NCBI GenBank assembly: GCA_963833125.1
Contig: CAWHWX010000034.1
Location: forward strand, 1 to 64,000
Direction of reading: 5' to 3'
Origin: Candidatus Bathyarchaeota archaeon
GTDB lineage: Archaea; Thermoproteota; Bathyarchaeia; 40CM-2-53-6
Length of the DNA stretch: 64,000 nucleotides
Shown here: positions 29,940 to 41,983 of the stretch, one piece after another
How positions within the stretch are numbered: position 1 is the first letter of the stretch
Layout: each line of letters opens with the position of its first letter
Notes under the pieces: generated by a model
Database searches by the model: none
Told to the model about the DNA's origin: nothing
Seen by the model: only the letters and a program-made list of their open reading frames with translations
Position numbers and translations under genes: made by a program

Positions 29940-31196
29940 ATGCGGAGGGCGGTCGTTCTGCGTTTCTCGCGAAGAACCAAGTTGTTGCTAGTCCTCTTCG
30001 TAGCTCTAGTCATAGTAAAGGTAGTTCTGGCTATGGCCACCCCTCCGGGTGATCCAGTCATCTACTACCTTCAGGTTCAGAGCTACACGCGGTCGCCGAC
30101 TCGAGCAACCCGTGGGGAAGATTCAACAACGCCACCCTCAGCGTGTGGTATTCACTCCCAATTGATCATCCTGGCCTCGAGACTCTTTTGACAAATAAGT
30201 CGATTTTTCTACCGTTTTCTCTTCAGCTTCTCTTATTATTGGTGAAGCTCCCGTTAATTACAGCTGACATTCTTGATTGCATTCATCCTGTTTAAGCTCG
30301 GCAAACTCTTGTGGCCGATGACGAGTCGTCCATACATCGCAGCATTAGCGTGGTTCGCAAACCCATACGCAATTTTCGTAACCGAGATGATGGGAGCAGT
30401 TGACGTGCTTCCCGTCGCAACAATCATGCTGGGTCTCCTGCTTGTGATTAAGCGAAGACATGTTCTTGGCGCGGCTTCGGTGGCCGCAGGAATCGCCCTA
30501 AAGCTATTCCCAATCGTCACCATACCCGCCATTCTCTATTCGAGTCAACTGCCGGCTCTAAGCGTGTAAAGATCTTTATCTCTACCCTGCTAGCAGTGTT
30601 AGGCCTCATCGCTTATGTAAGCTGGTCGCAGTTTCCATTCTCCGAAGCTTACTATACGCAAGCGACGAATGAATTCATACTCGGTACCGAAAGCCTATAC
30701 GGCTAGCTGTGACGCCCGACTTTATCGGCCTGGCGACATTCGCGGTAATTATCTCCTACCTTCTAGCATACGAATTTCGCCCGAAGCTCTTCCAACAACC
30801 CCTAACGATTACTCTTTTCTTTCTGCTCGCATACGTAGCCTTCCTTGACTTCGAAGTCGAGTACATACTTTGGATAGGACCACTTTTCGGTCTTGTAACC
30901 CTCAAAGTGAAAAAGGTAATTCCGCTATTCATCTCCATTTGGCGACTTCATTCGCTTTGGGATTTCTTAGTGCGGATGGTTTTACGACATCGAGTGGGTG
31001 GAGTCTCTTGTTCTTCAATCGAAGTACAGCATGGGCGGTTATTCTCTTATCAAGTCAGTTCATTGACTTGGTTCTGAGACCGTTATTACGCACTCTACTA
31101 ACGGTATTCATGCTATTGTCAATGCTCTTACTTTGGCCTTCCAAGACCGATCCGCTGCCACAAAACCAGCATGCCGAGCCGCTGGCGGTCCGATGA
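29940..31196 (+). CDS. GT-C-like multi-TM glycosyltransferase, heavily fragmented
   Basis: Fragments with LVKLPLITADI, WFANPYAI, GIALKLFP in several frames. Confidence 0.55.
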
Positions 31197-32450
31197 CGAT
31201 AAAACTCGGGTTGCCCAAAAGCCTCGATCCCGTCTTATCTGTCTTCGGCATCGGGATGCTCGTGCATATGATATATGCCGTGTATGCTCCGCTCTCAGGT
31301 GATTGGCGTTCTTTTTACATGATTGGGATTATTAATGCGTACCAACAACCGGAGTCGATCTTCGGAATCTACACCGTCCCTCCATACATATTCGCTGCCA
31401 TTCTATGCTCTGTGGTTACGACTACCAGTATCACACCCTGGTCCTGCCAGTATCGTAACGTTGCCACCTTGGGGAGTACCGCCATATTTCCAACCCACGC
31501 CAGCCGCGCTCATATTCGTTCTTGTGATGAAGCTTCCGGCGCTAATTTCTGACGGCGTGATTGCCGTTCTAATCTACAAGATGCTCCTTGATTCAGGTGC
31601 GAGCAGAAACAGAATATATCTTCGCAGTTTCAGCGTGGCTATTCGAATCCGCTCACATTAGTGCTAGGTAATTTCAATAACGTCGATATAATGCCATTAA
31701 TGCTCATCGTATTCTCCGCGTTTTTGGTAGAGAGAAAGAAATACGGTCTAGCATCGTTGTCACTAGTTGCCGCCGGTCTCATGCGACTGCTGGCATTTAT
31801 CGTACTGCCATTCCTGATCGTAAAAACTGCAAGGGCGAGAGACTGGCGAGGGGTACTATCCACAACGGTCCCCGATCGCCGTCGTACTCATACCGGTTTT
31901 TTCCTGGACTAGCCATCTTCCGTCCAGACGCACTCGCCTTGTTCCAAGGGAGACCTGGCCTATATGTACCAGAAGCACTAGACATTTTTGGCTCTGCGAT
32001 TCGACTTCAGGGTGCTGAATGCTAGAATGCTATAACCCTCACGACATTAGCATACGTCATACTTCTTGCGATGATTACCGATCCATCGAATGATTCGCGA
32101 CTCGGTAGGTTAGTGTCAGCTCCTATCATTGCGTACACTGCATTTTCATGGGTATCGCCGGGTCTCTTGATAAATGGAATCGCTTTGGCACTGATTCAGA
32201 TCTTTCGCGGAAATTGGTACAAGACCCTGGCGGTGTTGCTCAGCATCACAGGCTTCCTTTGGTTTCTTGCCCAAGTGGGAGGATATATCCGTGGAGGCTC
32301 GTTCTTGATGATTCCCCTCTATAACTACCCTTCAAGAACTCAACATGGACTGCTTAAACGCTCAGCAGATCATCGTCGCATCGGATCTCTCGGCACAGAT
32401 CAGAGGGGTCCTCAGCGCGGTATTCGACTTTGCTACTGGTCCGTATGATT
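31193..32450 (+). CDS. Second GT-C-like multi-TM glycosyltransferase, fragmented, in-frame TAG at 32023
   Basis: SGDW, MKLPALISD, FNNVDIMP, GLMRLLAF fragments; layout similar to the upstream gene. Confidence 0.5.
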
Positions 32451-32851
32451 TGGCCGACACCGGGGGCGAGTATGAGAGCCATCGCAGATCACAAAAGAAA
32501 GCCTTGAAACTTCCGATCTCTCAGGGACTAGGGAATAATCTCAGACAAAATCTGGCAGAAAGGTTGCAGCTTGTATCTTATGCTGAAGAGAACGCCAACT
32601 GCTCCTACAGTTACTAAACGAAAACCGGATTCGTGGGAATTCGAACTTAATCTTTGAAATTGAAGATTCGAGATGCGGCCGAAGTAACCCACCCTTACAC
32701 GAAGGTTGCTTCAGCCGATTTACGAAGAGGTTCTTTGAACGAGCATGATTCAGATTGGCCAATGCAATCAAAAGGGCGGATAAACGGCTAAGGGCAGCAA
32801 AGGGGGTAAAGCATATAGGCTCACCGTACTGCCAGTCGTTCCGATATTGGA

Positions 32852-34550
32852 ATGGATAATGCGAAAGCGTTACCAATTCTGAAAATGGTAATTCTGGTAG
32901 CGCCGTCCTTGGCGCTTCTCTGGCTGATTAAGGCATTCGGTGTGAATTCCATAAAAGCAGATGATTGGGATATGGTGGGCGTATATGAGAAGGCCGTTGC
33001 TGGAACGATTCATCTATCTGGTCTGTTTATGCAACATAACGAGCACAGATTATTCTTCCCTAGGATAGCAATGCTCGCCTTAGAACTACCTACACACTTC
33101 AGTAGCCTACCGGTAATGGTCTTCAGTTAGCTCTTTGCGATTGGAACCGTTAAAATCATCTTCTACACTTTCCTCCGGAAATTTGAGGTTAAGAGCCTAC
33201 AACAATTAGCATTTTTTATCCCAGTCTCGCTTTTGATTTTTAGTTTCAGACAATTTGAAGCGGTTCTTGGCTGGTTCAATTGCCAATGGTATTTGTTGGC
33301 CTTCGGTGTAGTCGCAGCACTCTGCCTCCTGGAGAAGAGCAAATCTACAGATCGTTGGTTCGGCCTCTCGCTTCTTAGCGCAATTCTCGCCTCCTTTTCG
33401 ATGTTGCTAGGATTGCTCGTCTGGCCAGCAGGTCTTCTCCAACTACTTCTCGCTTCCAAATGGATTCAATGGAAATGGCGGATAGCCATTTGGTCAATAA
33501 CTGGATTGGCCGTGATCGGACTGTACCTCCACGGGTTCGAACCTCCCCCGCCGGGCAATACTTTGAGTTCCCGAGGCTTCCTGAGCACTGGTGCCTATGC
33601 CCTGGCTTGGATCGGCGGACCCTTTGTACTGGAAACCAGCATATCTCGCGCTACAGTTGGAGCTGTAATTTGCCTCATAGGAATCATTGTTACTCTACAA
33701 GCATATCGACTAAAATTGATTGGAAAAAATAGAGTGTGGATATCAATGATGGTGTACGCAGCGCTGGCTGCGGTCGTTACGGGCTTTGGGAGGGCTGGTC
33801 TTGAATGGGGGGAAGCTCTGGTCTCAAGGTATACTGTTTGTTCAGTAATAGGGATCATTGGGTTGTATTTGTTTGCAAAATCAGTGTCCGATAAGAAAAA
33901 TGGAAACGGAAGATGGAGTTTCGGTTTCCATAGCGTGTTGCGCTTAATGATCTCTTTGCTTGTATCTACTGGTGCTGGTCTTTATGCGGCGCAGAAGTTG
34001 AAGAACGATGACGAGATCAGCGCGTACGTTTTACGCACTTACGGGATGCAATCCGAGCGAATTTAGTCCGGCTCTTGTATGCGGACCCTGTTTTGGTGCG
34101 TGAAGACTCGAATTTCTTGGAAAGCCACAGTTTAAACGTGTTCAGCGAGCCTTCATTCAACCCTTACGGTCAGGCTGTGGGCCAAGCGGGAAACGATACT
34201 CTGTTTGATTTTGAGATCAGTGGTGTGTCAACGTCACATGGTTGTGTGGAGATCAACTCGAGCGCAGTTGACACAATAACGATAACTGGTTGGGCAATAG
34301 ATTCTAGAGCCAGCATGGTGGCAGGTGCCGTTTTCATCACAGTTGATGGAAACATGCAGATACCGACTGTTTATGGGCTGAGTCAACAAGATGTAGCTTG
34401 TCACTCTTGGCAACAAGTATCTCCAATCTGGGTTTATTGCGATGTTCTCGTCGCATTTGCTTGCTCCAGGTGAACATCATCTCACGCTCACGGTCGTAGG
34501 CGCTACGTTTGGCTATGTCTACTTCCCACTCGGAGACGTATGTATAGCGA
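32852..34550 (+). CDS. Multi-TM GT-C-like protein with extracellular Ig-like C-terminal domain; in-frame TAG at 33128 and later frameshifts
   Basis: ADDWD...QHNEHRLFFP, FS.RQ.E, GLLVWP, GRAG...SRY, then ITGWAID. ORFs 32852 and 33233 share one frame. Confidence 0.6.
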
Positions 34551-34871
34551 TAATCTAGAGCTCGAAGTATGGATTCGAGTCATCGAAACATCCCTTATGT
34601 TCTGCTGATCCATTTCTTCGCCTCCTGTGATAATGGCACGGATTGGCATGTGTGTTGCCCACTTGGCCCCGCTGTGCCTTCCTGCAAACAAATTGCTCCG
34701 GTGTGATTAACAAATGTTCGAATCGACCAGCCGGCACAACTTATGGCAATGAAATAGTTCATGTTCTCAATAACAGAAGGAGTGAAGAAGGGTGGGGAAG
34801 AGTGTCAGAAAAGAACTTGCAGGGCGATTACTTAATGGACAACCCGTTACCAAGAGGGCGTGTTAAAAAAC

Positions 34872-35654
34872 ATGCGCTCACGAATAGAAAAAGGCTTGCG
34901 TATCCTTCGCTATTACTCGAAGCCGGTCAACATGATCATGAAGCTACTAAACCGAAGTGGCTATTATGTCTACTATGTGAAACTGACTGACTACGACATC
35001 CCGAAATCTGCCAAGTTCCCCCTTAAGACTTATGGGCACTCAAGCTGGCTACGAATCCCCATGTACAATCTGATCGATAACTACCTCAGGGCAAATACGA
35101 ACCTGTCAAGCGGGCGAGGAAAAAGTTTCATCGAACTCGGTGGCAGCGAGGGGACCATGCGATCTATAATTGAAGAATTGGGGTATAGGGTTGAAGTCGC
35201 AGGCAATTATCCCGCAGTGGACATCCACCAACTACCCTACGATGATGAAGCATTTGACGGGGTCATACTCGATCAAGTGCTAGAGCACGTGGCTCGCCCA
35301 TGGGTCGCGGTAGACGAGGTGTGGAGAATCCTGAAAACCGGCGGATTCGCAGTCGCTACAGTTCCGTTCTTACTCCAATATCATGCGGATACCGGTTGGA
35401 AGGACTACTGGAGGATCACGCCAGACGGACTTAGCGCATTGTTCGAAGACTTTGAGATTCTCACCAGTGCAGGGTGGGGTAACGCCGACGCTGTTAGGGC
35501 CATGTACGATCATGACGTCATTTCAATCCACAATACCCCGATACAAGTCGCCTCTGAGAAAGAATTATTCTCGAAGCCAAACGACGGACTGAACTTCATC
35601 ATGACCTGGATTATCGCAAGAAAGACTCATCTGGGCAACAGAACGCGCAACTAA
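34872..35654 (+). CDS. Class I SAM-dependent methyltransferase
   Basis: ELGG, DIHQLPYDDEAFD, QVLEHV..PW, LKTGG, VPF..YH...DYWR.TPDGL. Confidence 0.85.
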   Translation: MRSRIEKGLRILRYYSKPVNMIMKLLNRSGYYVYYVKLTDYDIPKSAKFPLKTYGHSSWLRIPMYNLIDNYLRANTNLSSGRGKSFIELGGSEGTMRSIIEELGYRVEVAGNYPAVDIHQLPYDDEAFDGVILDQVLEHVARPWVAVDEVWRILKTGGFAVATVPFLLQYHADTGWKDYWRITPDGLSALFEDFEILTSAGWGNADAVRAMYDHDVISIHNTPIQVASEKELFSKPNDGLNFIMTWIIARKTHLGNRTRN

Positions 35655-35725
35655 GAGAATGCACGTGACAAACCGAACGCGCCCGGTGTATCGATTTGCT
35701 GATTGTGCAAAGTCGACCATCGTGA

Positions 35726-36868
35726 TTGTCTGTGATTCATTGGATTCGATTTCCGAAAAGATATGCGCACACGAGGGTAGGGAAAATTTACGGAAAACTG
35801 AGTGACGCGCTTGTTAGAATCCATCAAAGAAAGTTGATGATGGAAAACTACGATTCCGAAATACGAAATCTGATTATATTCCTTAGTCCCGGCACCAATT
35901 ATGTCAGGGGCGGGGTTATATCAATAACATCAATCTTCAATGAAACGATGAGACTTCGGAGTCAGATTGACGCTGACACAATAATGTGCATCGTGCCCGG
36001 AGATCCACCTCTAACACGTTATTCGAAGTTCGATAACCAAAATTTCTTGTGCGATCTTTTCCAGGTACTGTCGTACTTTACGAGATTGGAGCGTGTGATG
36101 ATACATGTTCCAGAATACACTGTGGGCAAAGTTGCTGATACGGTTGCAGGGAAATTGGCGCTGAGGTTACAGAAAATTGCCGATGTTCATTTCAACATTC
36201 TCCTACAAAATAAATGGTTCATCCCAACCAGGAAGGATGTGGATTCCCTAAGGCAATTTGGTAAAGTAACCTGCACGATCGCCCATAGGAGCTATTCCGA
36301 CTATGCAGAGAACCTCCTGGGGATCCACCCACGGTATATCTCATGGTACGTATCGTTGCAGGACTACGAGAGACTAAGCTATCAAGAAAAATCGAGTGTC
36401 CTCATAGTCTCCGATGATTTACACCCTCGGAAAGAGGAAGTACTACACGTTCTTAGGTCGACGATACCCGACTTGGAAGTACGGCTTGTGAAGAATATGC
36501 ATTACAGTGACTACAAAAAACTTGCCGCATCGGCGAAGTGGGCCTTAACCTTCGGAGAGGGATTGGACGGCTATTTTCTTGAGACCGTTTTCAGCGGCGG
36601 CGTCAGCTTCGCGGTCTACAACTCTGAATTCTTTACAGAGGATTTCAAGGGATTGAGAACTGTGTATGAAAGTTGGGATTCACTGATCAGCCATATATGC
36701 GAAGACATAAAAGAATTGGACCAGCCAAGTCAGTACTCTTCGTACAACAGAGAATTATACGAAGTCTGCAACACCTACTATAACCCTCAAACATACAGGA
36801 AAGGCATTCAGGAATTTTACGACACAGAATGGAACGTGTCGAATAAACCCAAGACTCATTCTGATTGA
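35726..36868 (+). CDS. Hypothetical GT-B-like glycosyltransferase
   Basis: RGGVISI near the N-terminus and FGEGLDGYFLETVFSG resembling a GT-B EGFG...E motif. Confidence 0.5.
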   Translation: MSVIHWIRFPKRYAHTRVGKIYGKLSDALVRIHQRKLMMENYDSEIRNLIIFLSPGTNYVRGGVISITSIFNETMRLRSQIDADTIMCIVPGDPPLTRYSKFDNQNFLCDLFQVLSYFTRLERVMIHVPEYTVGKVADTVAGKLALRLQKIADVHFNILLQNKWFIPTRKDVDSLRQFGKVTCTIAHRSYSDYAENLLGIHPRYISWYVSLQDYERLSYQEKSSVLIVSDDLHPRKEEVLHVLRSTIPDLEVRLVKNMHYSDYKKLAASAKWALTFGEGLDGYFLETVFSGGVSFAVYNSEFFTEDFKGLRTVYESWDSLISHICEDIKELDQPSQYSSYNRELYEVCNTYYNPQTYRKGIQEFYDTEWNVSNKPKTHSD

Positions 36869-36995
36869 TTTCTTGTGTGCCAGTGGTGCATCGCCGCGCA
36901 CTGGATAGCATAATAAAGGTCAATGCAGAATTGGACTCGACGTTGCCCACCTCGTAAAGCACCGTCTATCATGGCGCGGGCATGGTGATATAGAC

Positions 36996-37943
36996 TTGAA
37001 TGTTCTGATGACCGGAGGTTTTGGCTTCATAGGAAAGCACGTGATCAGAGCCATTAGAGACCTGGATGAGTCGCATACCCTAACCGTATTCTCTGGTCCT
37101 CAAACAGCTGAGACAAACGCGAACTTTGCGAAGGAGTATGATCTCAAAGTTATCACCGGAGATGTAAGAGATGCCAAAGGCGTTATGGAGGCCTTTGCTT
37201 CCGAACCGCCTAATGTGGCGTTACACCTTGCCGCACTAACAGGCGTGGAAAAATGCCACCGCGATCCTTCTCTTGCCTTTTCAGTCAATGTATACGGTAG
37301 CTACAATGTCATAATGGGATCGGCAACTGCTGGCGCCAAGCTAGTTTTCATTTCGTCACGGGAGGTTTACGGAGAGGGGGCTTTACCGCGAGCATCAGAG
37401 GACAGTCCACTTGCTCCGAATAATCTCTATGGCATGACTAAGGAGCTTGGAGAGAGAATGGTAAAGTGGGGGCACCTCAAGTTTGGTCTACGATATTCAG
37501 TTCTGAGGTTGACAAATGTCTATGGTCCTGAAGGGGGATCATACAACATTCAGGCAATGATCAGGAGCGCGTTTCAAGATGGTGAGATTCCACTCCGCGG
37601 AGGAGCTCAATTAATGAACTTAGTATACGTAGATGATGTGGCCACCGCTATTGTAAGGTGCTTAACGGATTCGAGGACAACAAATGAGACATTCAATATT
37701 GGATCCGATCAGGATTTACCGGTCCTCGAAATTGTTGACGAACTGATATCGGAGTTGGAAATGCCGGTGGTAATCCGAAGGAGGCCAATGCGTAAAGGAG
37801 AGACGCTGAATTTTCACCCTGACCTAGCAAAGATGAAAGAATACTTTGACGGCCTCCCAAAGACGCAACTTAAAGAGGGCCTGCGAAAGACGATCGCGTG
37901 GTACAAAGCTCAGATCAAAGATGCCTCTCAGGATGACCGTTGA
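36996..37943 (+). CDS. NAD-dependent epimerase/dehydratase
   Basis: TGGFGFIG, HLAA, SSREVYG, YGMTK, LRLTNVYGP. Confidence 0.9.
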   Translation: MNVLMTGGFGFIGKHVIRAIRDLDESHTLTVFSGPQTAETNANFAKEYDLKVITGDVRDAKGVMEAFASEPPNVALHLAALTGVEKCHRDPSLAFSVNVYGSYNVIMGSATAGAKLVFISSREVYGEGALPRASEDSPLAPNNLYGMTKELGERMVKWGHLKFGLRYSVLRLTNVYGPEGGSYNIQAMIRSAFQDGEIPLRGGAQLMNLVYVDDVATAIVRCLTDSRTTNETFNIGSDQDLPVLEIVDELISELEMPVVIRRRPMRKGETLNFHPDLAKMKEYFDGLPKTQLKEGLRKTIAWYKAQIKDASQDDR

Positions 37944-38036
37944 ACGTCAAGCTGCAAACCATACTGGAAACCCGATAACGAGTAACAGGTAGTCAAAAGC
38001 TCAACGCAAAACTTGTGATGCTCAACAATGTTTTCT

Positions 38037-38534
38037 TCAGAAGTTTGCGTTTCTTCTGGGCTCTCCAACGTACCCACCTTTGAGGAGTGTTAGCAGCATA
38101 TTCTCCAGTCCCTCAATCTCCTCTTTCTCCCGCCCCTTCAGGAGCCCGTTGGTTTCCGCTAGCCTTCTCAAGATTCTAAGTTGGATGAGCATCATTGGTG
38201 TAGAAAGCACCGCCTCTTTGCCAGGCATCATTTTGTAGTTGTACGGGTTGGCTTCCACGGAGATGTCGGTTTCGCTACTAAACAGGTGGCTGCGTTTGAG
38301 GTGTATCCATCCAACTCCAACAGAAAGTGGCACCCCCACAACTGTCGCCAGCACTGCAAACATCTCAAATTTCGGAAAAATGTCGAGCAACGAAGGGATG
38401 TTCTTGATGGCTAGGTAGTAAACTGTTATGAGGGTTGACACGTATCCTAAGATAAATGTCAAGTACGTAGCGTAGCCTAACCTGAAGTAGTACCAGGATC
38501 GATACGCTAACCTCGCCAAGATTTTGGAATTCAA
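38037..38534 (-). CDS. Conserved-looking hypothetical membrane protein
   Basis: RSWYYFRLGYATYL...YYLAI...EANPYNYK; two TM segments. Confidence 0.65.
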   Translation of the reverse strand: MNSKILARLAYRSWYYFRLGYATYLTFILGYVSTLITVYYLAIKNIPSLLDIFPKFEMFAVLATVVGVPLSVGVGWIHLKRSHLFSSETDISVEANPYNYKMMPGKEAVLSTPMMLIQLRILRRLAETNGLLKGREKEEIEGLENMLLTLLKGGYVGEPRRNANF

Positions 38535-38751
38535 TTATGATCTTGGATAAGAGTTGCACACGCAATAGATAAGGCGTCTTACGAAAATAGTAAGGATTAG
38601 TCACAACAACCCGCTTGGATGTCAATGCGATTATTGGAAAGAGTAATTCACGTCCAGGCTATCTATTCGCCCTAGGCTGGTTATCATAGCGAAAGCGATT
38701 TTCCCAAAGACGGTTAACCACAACATAATCGGTTAGGTGTAATTCAATGAC

Positions 38752-39561
38752 TTAATTGCTTCTCGCTATCTCGCCGCTTAGCCATCCCTGGAGGATTTGA
38801 ACTCTCAAGTATGGGTAGGCAAAGAAGGCGGCCGGAGCACCGTGTTTCAATGCAAGCTTCAACCCGGACGCCGGGCTCATCAGCGTGAGACGCAGCACGT
38901 ACGATGTAGGGTAGGCCCAACGCTTACAAGTGCACATACGGTGAAGCCTCGACCGATGCGCAGCCTCTTGCATAACGCCCGACCGAACATGCTCCGAAAC
39001 AACGCTGGAGTCCACGATCCACCTATAGCCTTCAGCTTCGAGGTTCCGTTTAAGCCATGAATCGGTACAGACTACGCAGGTATCCGGGAACCCTCCCACA
39101 CGCCGGATAATGTCTGTTCTGTAGATGTTATTGTCGATACTGTAGTCCACATTATCAGCAAGTATTGCACGCAGGGTTCGGTTCGTTGGGATCCTCCAAC
39201 CCTGCGCAACCGCAACATTTGGGTCGTCTAGGATATGCCTCCAAATCTTGGGCCACCAATCGTTTGCCAGAAGAACATCATGCTCAATAGAAATGAAGAA
39301 GGGCGTGGACACGTGACTCAACGCCTCGTTAGCTCCGCTCGCGACGCCAGACCTGGGGTTCTCGAAAACGCGCCACCCATGGCTCTTCGCAATTTGGGTA
39401 GTGTTATCTGAGCTGTGGTCGTCAACGAGGATTTTCTTTCCGATCACTTCTGCCGGAACAACCTCCTCGAAACGTTGAAGAGTTCGGGGAAGCAGCTTTG
39501 CGCTGTTTTTCGTCCAGAGACACACGTCCAGTCTATCCGTCACTAATTTCACTGGTTTCAA
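38752..39561 (-). CDS. GT2 family glycosyltransferase
   Basis: TKNS, LVDDHSSDNT, IEHDV, VGGF. Confidence 0.85.
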   Translation of the reverse strand: MKPVKLVTDRLDVCLWTKNSAKLLPRTLQRFEEVVPAEVIGKKILVDDHSSDNTTQIAKSHGWRVFENPRSGVASGANEALSHVSTPFFISIEHDVLLANDWWPKIWRHILDDPNVAVAQGWRIPTNRTLRAILADNVDYSIDNNIYRTDIIRRVGGFPDTCVVCTDSWLKRNLEAEGYRWIVDSSVVSEHVRSGVMQEAAHRSRLHRMCTCKRWAYPTSYVLRLTLMSPASGLKLALKHGAPAAFFAYPYLRVQILQGWLSGEIARSN

Positions 39562-39598
39562 ATACTCGACGGTCGTTAATTAGTGGATTTCTCTGTTT

Positions 39599-40456
39599 AT
39601 GATCAATGAATCGGAGGAGTTTGGTGAAATGAGGCGCCTCAACGGGCTCAGAGTCTTGGTTGTTGGGGCTGGTTCGCCCAACGCGGATATGGTTGCTGAG
39701 GTTCTCCGATCGAACGGAGTTGATGCCAAATGGACCGACCGTGTCAAAATGCCGAATCTGAAACTCATATGGGATTCTGACATTGTGTATGGGATTTACC
39801 TGCAGACGTGCAGCCGTTACATAATCGCTGCCAAGTTTCTTGGCAAAAGGACCATTTTACACTTTGTGGGCAGCGACGCCTACCGATTCGCGAGGGAGAA
39901 GGCTATTCACAAGCAAGTCTTCTGGCGGCTTGTGCTTTTGCTAACGGACTTGATTTTCTATGTATCGCCGCACTTGACTGAGCTCACTAATCGCAAAGGT
40001 GTTATCCTACCCTTTCCGATCTCAACGGAAAGTTTCAAGGATCCCGCACTCCGCCGAATTGAACCCGACCGAGATGTCCTCTACTACTGCCCAGGAGGGC
40101 CAACGAATGAAGCGATTTACCGCCTACCCTGGATCCTTGAATATGCGCGGACGCATCCGGACGAGAGCGTTACAATAATTGGCAGCGAGGCGCATCCTGC
40201 GAACTATCGTGTTGACGAATCGAACGTATCGGTGATTCCCTTTGTTGCGCCTTCTCAAATGCCTTTGCTTTACAGAAAACATAGGAAGTTGATGAGGATG
40301 ACCACGGAAGACGGCTTGCCTCGAATGATTCATGAAGCCCTTCTATGTGGTCTTAAGGTCATCTATAATGGGGAGGACGTTACTGGGATTCCTGCCGAAC
40401 GAGACCCCATCAAATTCACGGCGAAGTTTGTTCAGGCAATTGGTGCAATCGACTAA
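39599..40456 (+). CDS. GT-B (GT4-like) glycosyltransferase-related protein
   Basis: HFVGSD and RMTTEDGLPRMIHEALLCG. Confidence 0.6.
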   Translation: MINESEEFGEMRRLNGLRVLVVGAGSPNADMVAEVLRSNGVDAKWTDRVKMPNLKLIWDSDIVYGIYLQTCSRYIIAAKFLGKRTILHFVGSDAYRFAREKAIHKQVFWRLVLLLTDLIFYVSPHLTELTNRKGVILPFPISTESFKDPALRRIEPDRDVLYYCPGGPTNEAIYRLPWILEYARTHPDESVTIIGSEAHPANYRVDESNVSVIPFVAPSQMPLLYRKHRKLMRMTTEDGLPRMIHEALLCGLKVIYNGEDVTGIPAERDPIKFTAKFVQAIGAID

Positions 40457-40630
40457 CCCATCAATGCGTAGCTGGCTATCGCGTTAGCAAGCTTGCTAGG
40501 ACGCTACTCGCAAGTCCTTCAACGTGAGGTTGATACTGATCGTACCTCTGATGGACGCGCAACACGTTGCTGACCCCCACACTCTGCATGATATCCGCGC
40601 CTCAGCTCCAACATCGAACAACCAATGTTG

Positions 40631-41983
40631 TTAGGAAGATTTCTTGTTGAGCCAATTTCTGTCCCCTGCGATCAGGTATTTTGGTCCTGTTGAAGGCCAA
40701 CTGAAATTTTTCCATGTCTCTTCCAAGTTGTCCATGATGAGTTTACATTTGCCCAAGTATTGCTTTAGTTGAGATTCAGGGACGGCTCGGTAAAGTCTAT
40801 GGCCTGCCACTATGACGATACAATCGAATTCGGAAAGTCCTTCGGGAAAAGAATATGTGTCCGCGCCGGTTATCTTCTTAATCTCGTCCGCGGTGTAGTA
40901 TGGGTCGTTTATTTTGACATGCAACCCTCGATCCATCAACCGCTTCGACATCCTTAGGGTTGGGCTAAGTACGTGAACCTTCAAATCGCCCTTGTATGAT
41001 AATCCCAGAATTCCAACCGTCTTGAATCCGCTATCCGCGATCCTATCAGCTATTACGGACGGGAGGTTGGTGTCTGTCGAAATTGTGTCCCTGAGAAGAG
41101 TCAGATATTCTGGCTTCTCGGCTCCCTCCAAGACATACTTGGAACTTAGGGGAATGCAATAGCCACCGCTTCCGAAGCTCGGATGATAAACGTTCAAATT
41201 CCATTTGGTGCCGACCAGCTTGAGGACTTCAACCATGTTGAGGCTTGGATAGGCCAGGCTCAGCTGATTTGCGAGCGTAATGTCCACATGTCTGAACACG
41301 TTCTCGACGCTTTTCACTATCTCGGCATGTCTATGATCGGGAGCTGGAATAAGTTTCTCACAAACGATGCTCAGCACTTCGATCATGAGCCTTGTCGTTT
41401 CAGGCGTTGTTCCGCCTACAATCCTTGGTAAGGTTCGTAGGTTCTTCTCCGGGCTGATGAACCAGTCGCGTCGGGGAGCTACCCCTAGCAGTACATCTTT
41501 GCCGACGTGAAGTTTCTGTTTCTCAAAGATGGGGATGACGAGTTCATCAGTCTTGTTCGGGGTTAAGGTTGACTCTATAATGACGAGCGGATGCCCTCTT
41601 GACGTTCGGAGGTACGCTGCGATTTTATTCATTACGTCCTTCAGCGCCCCGTCCCACGGTTCCGCCCCTCTCTCTGTTGGGATAGCAATCATGTGAACTT
41701 CAAAGCTAGGGGTAAGGACCTCCTTCCAGTCGGACGTTGCGCTGATCAATCCCGCTTCTACGAGGTATTTGGTGTCGAACCCCAGCCAGTACTCCATGTT
41801 CGGCATAGGGGTCTTGCCAGCGTTTATCGTCGAAACAAGCTGTTCCGAGATGTCGATGCCTAGGCATGTTACACCCTGTGCTGCAAAATTTGCCATCGTC
41901 GAAAAACCGATGTAGCCAGTTCCCCATACGGCGATTCTCTTCTTCCCGGCAAGCAGTTGTCTGCGCAATTTTGGTGCTCGCAT
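40631..41983 (-). CDS. UDP-glucose/GDP-mannose-family nucleotide-sugar dehydrogenase (WecC-like)
   Basis: GTGYIG, IESTL.P, AEIVKSVENVFR, GSGGYCIP, LGLSYKGD. Confidence 0.9.
   Translation of the reverse strand: MRAPKLRRQLLAGKKRIAVWGTGYIGFSTMANFAAQGVTCLGIDISEQLVSTINAGKTPMPNMEYWLGFDTKYLVEAGLISATSDWKEVLTPSFEVHMIAIPTERGAEPWDGALKDVMNKIAAYLRTSRGHPLVIIESTLTPNKTDELVIPIFEKQKLHVGKDVLLGVAPRRDWFISPEKNLRTLPRIVGGTTPETTRLMIEVLSIVCEKLIPAPDHRHAEIVKSVENVFRHVDITLANQLSLAYPSLNMVEVLKLVGTKWNLNVYHPSFGSGGYCIPLSSKYVLEGAEKPEYLTLLRDTISTDTNLPSVIADRIADSGFKTVGILGLSYKGDLKVHVLSPTLRMSKRLMDRGLHVKINDPYYTADEIKKITGADTYSFPEGLSEFDCIVIVAGHRLYRAVPESQLKQYLGKCKLIMDNLEETWKNFSWPSTGPKYLIAGDRNWLNKKSS

Noticed and set aside
32541-32876. 111-aa minus-strand ORF and other antisense or overlapping ORFs in the track
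   Set aside because: No recognisable motifs; most shadow well-supported genes in another strand or frame.
40485-40498. Palindrome TAGCAAGCTTGCTA between convergent genes
   Set aside because: Single short palindrome; compatible with a terminator or chance.
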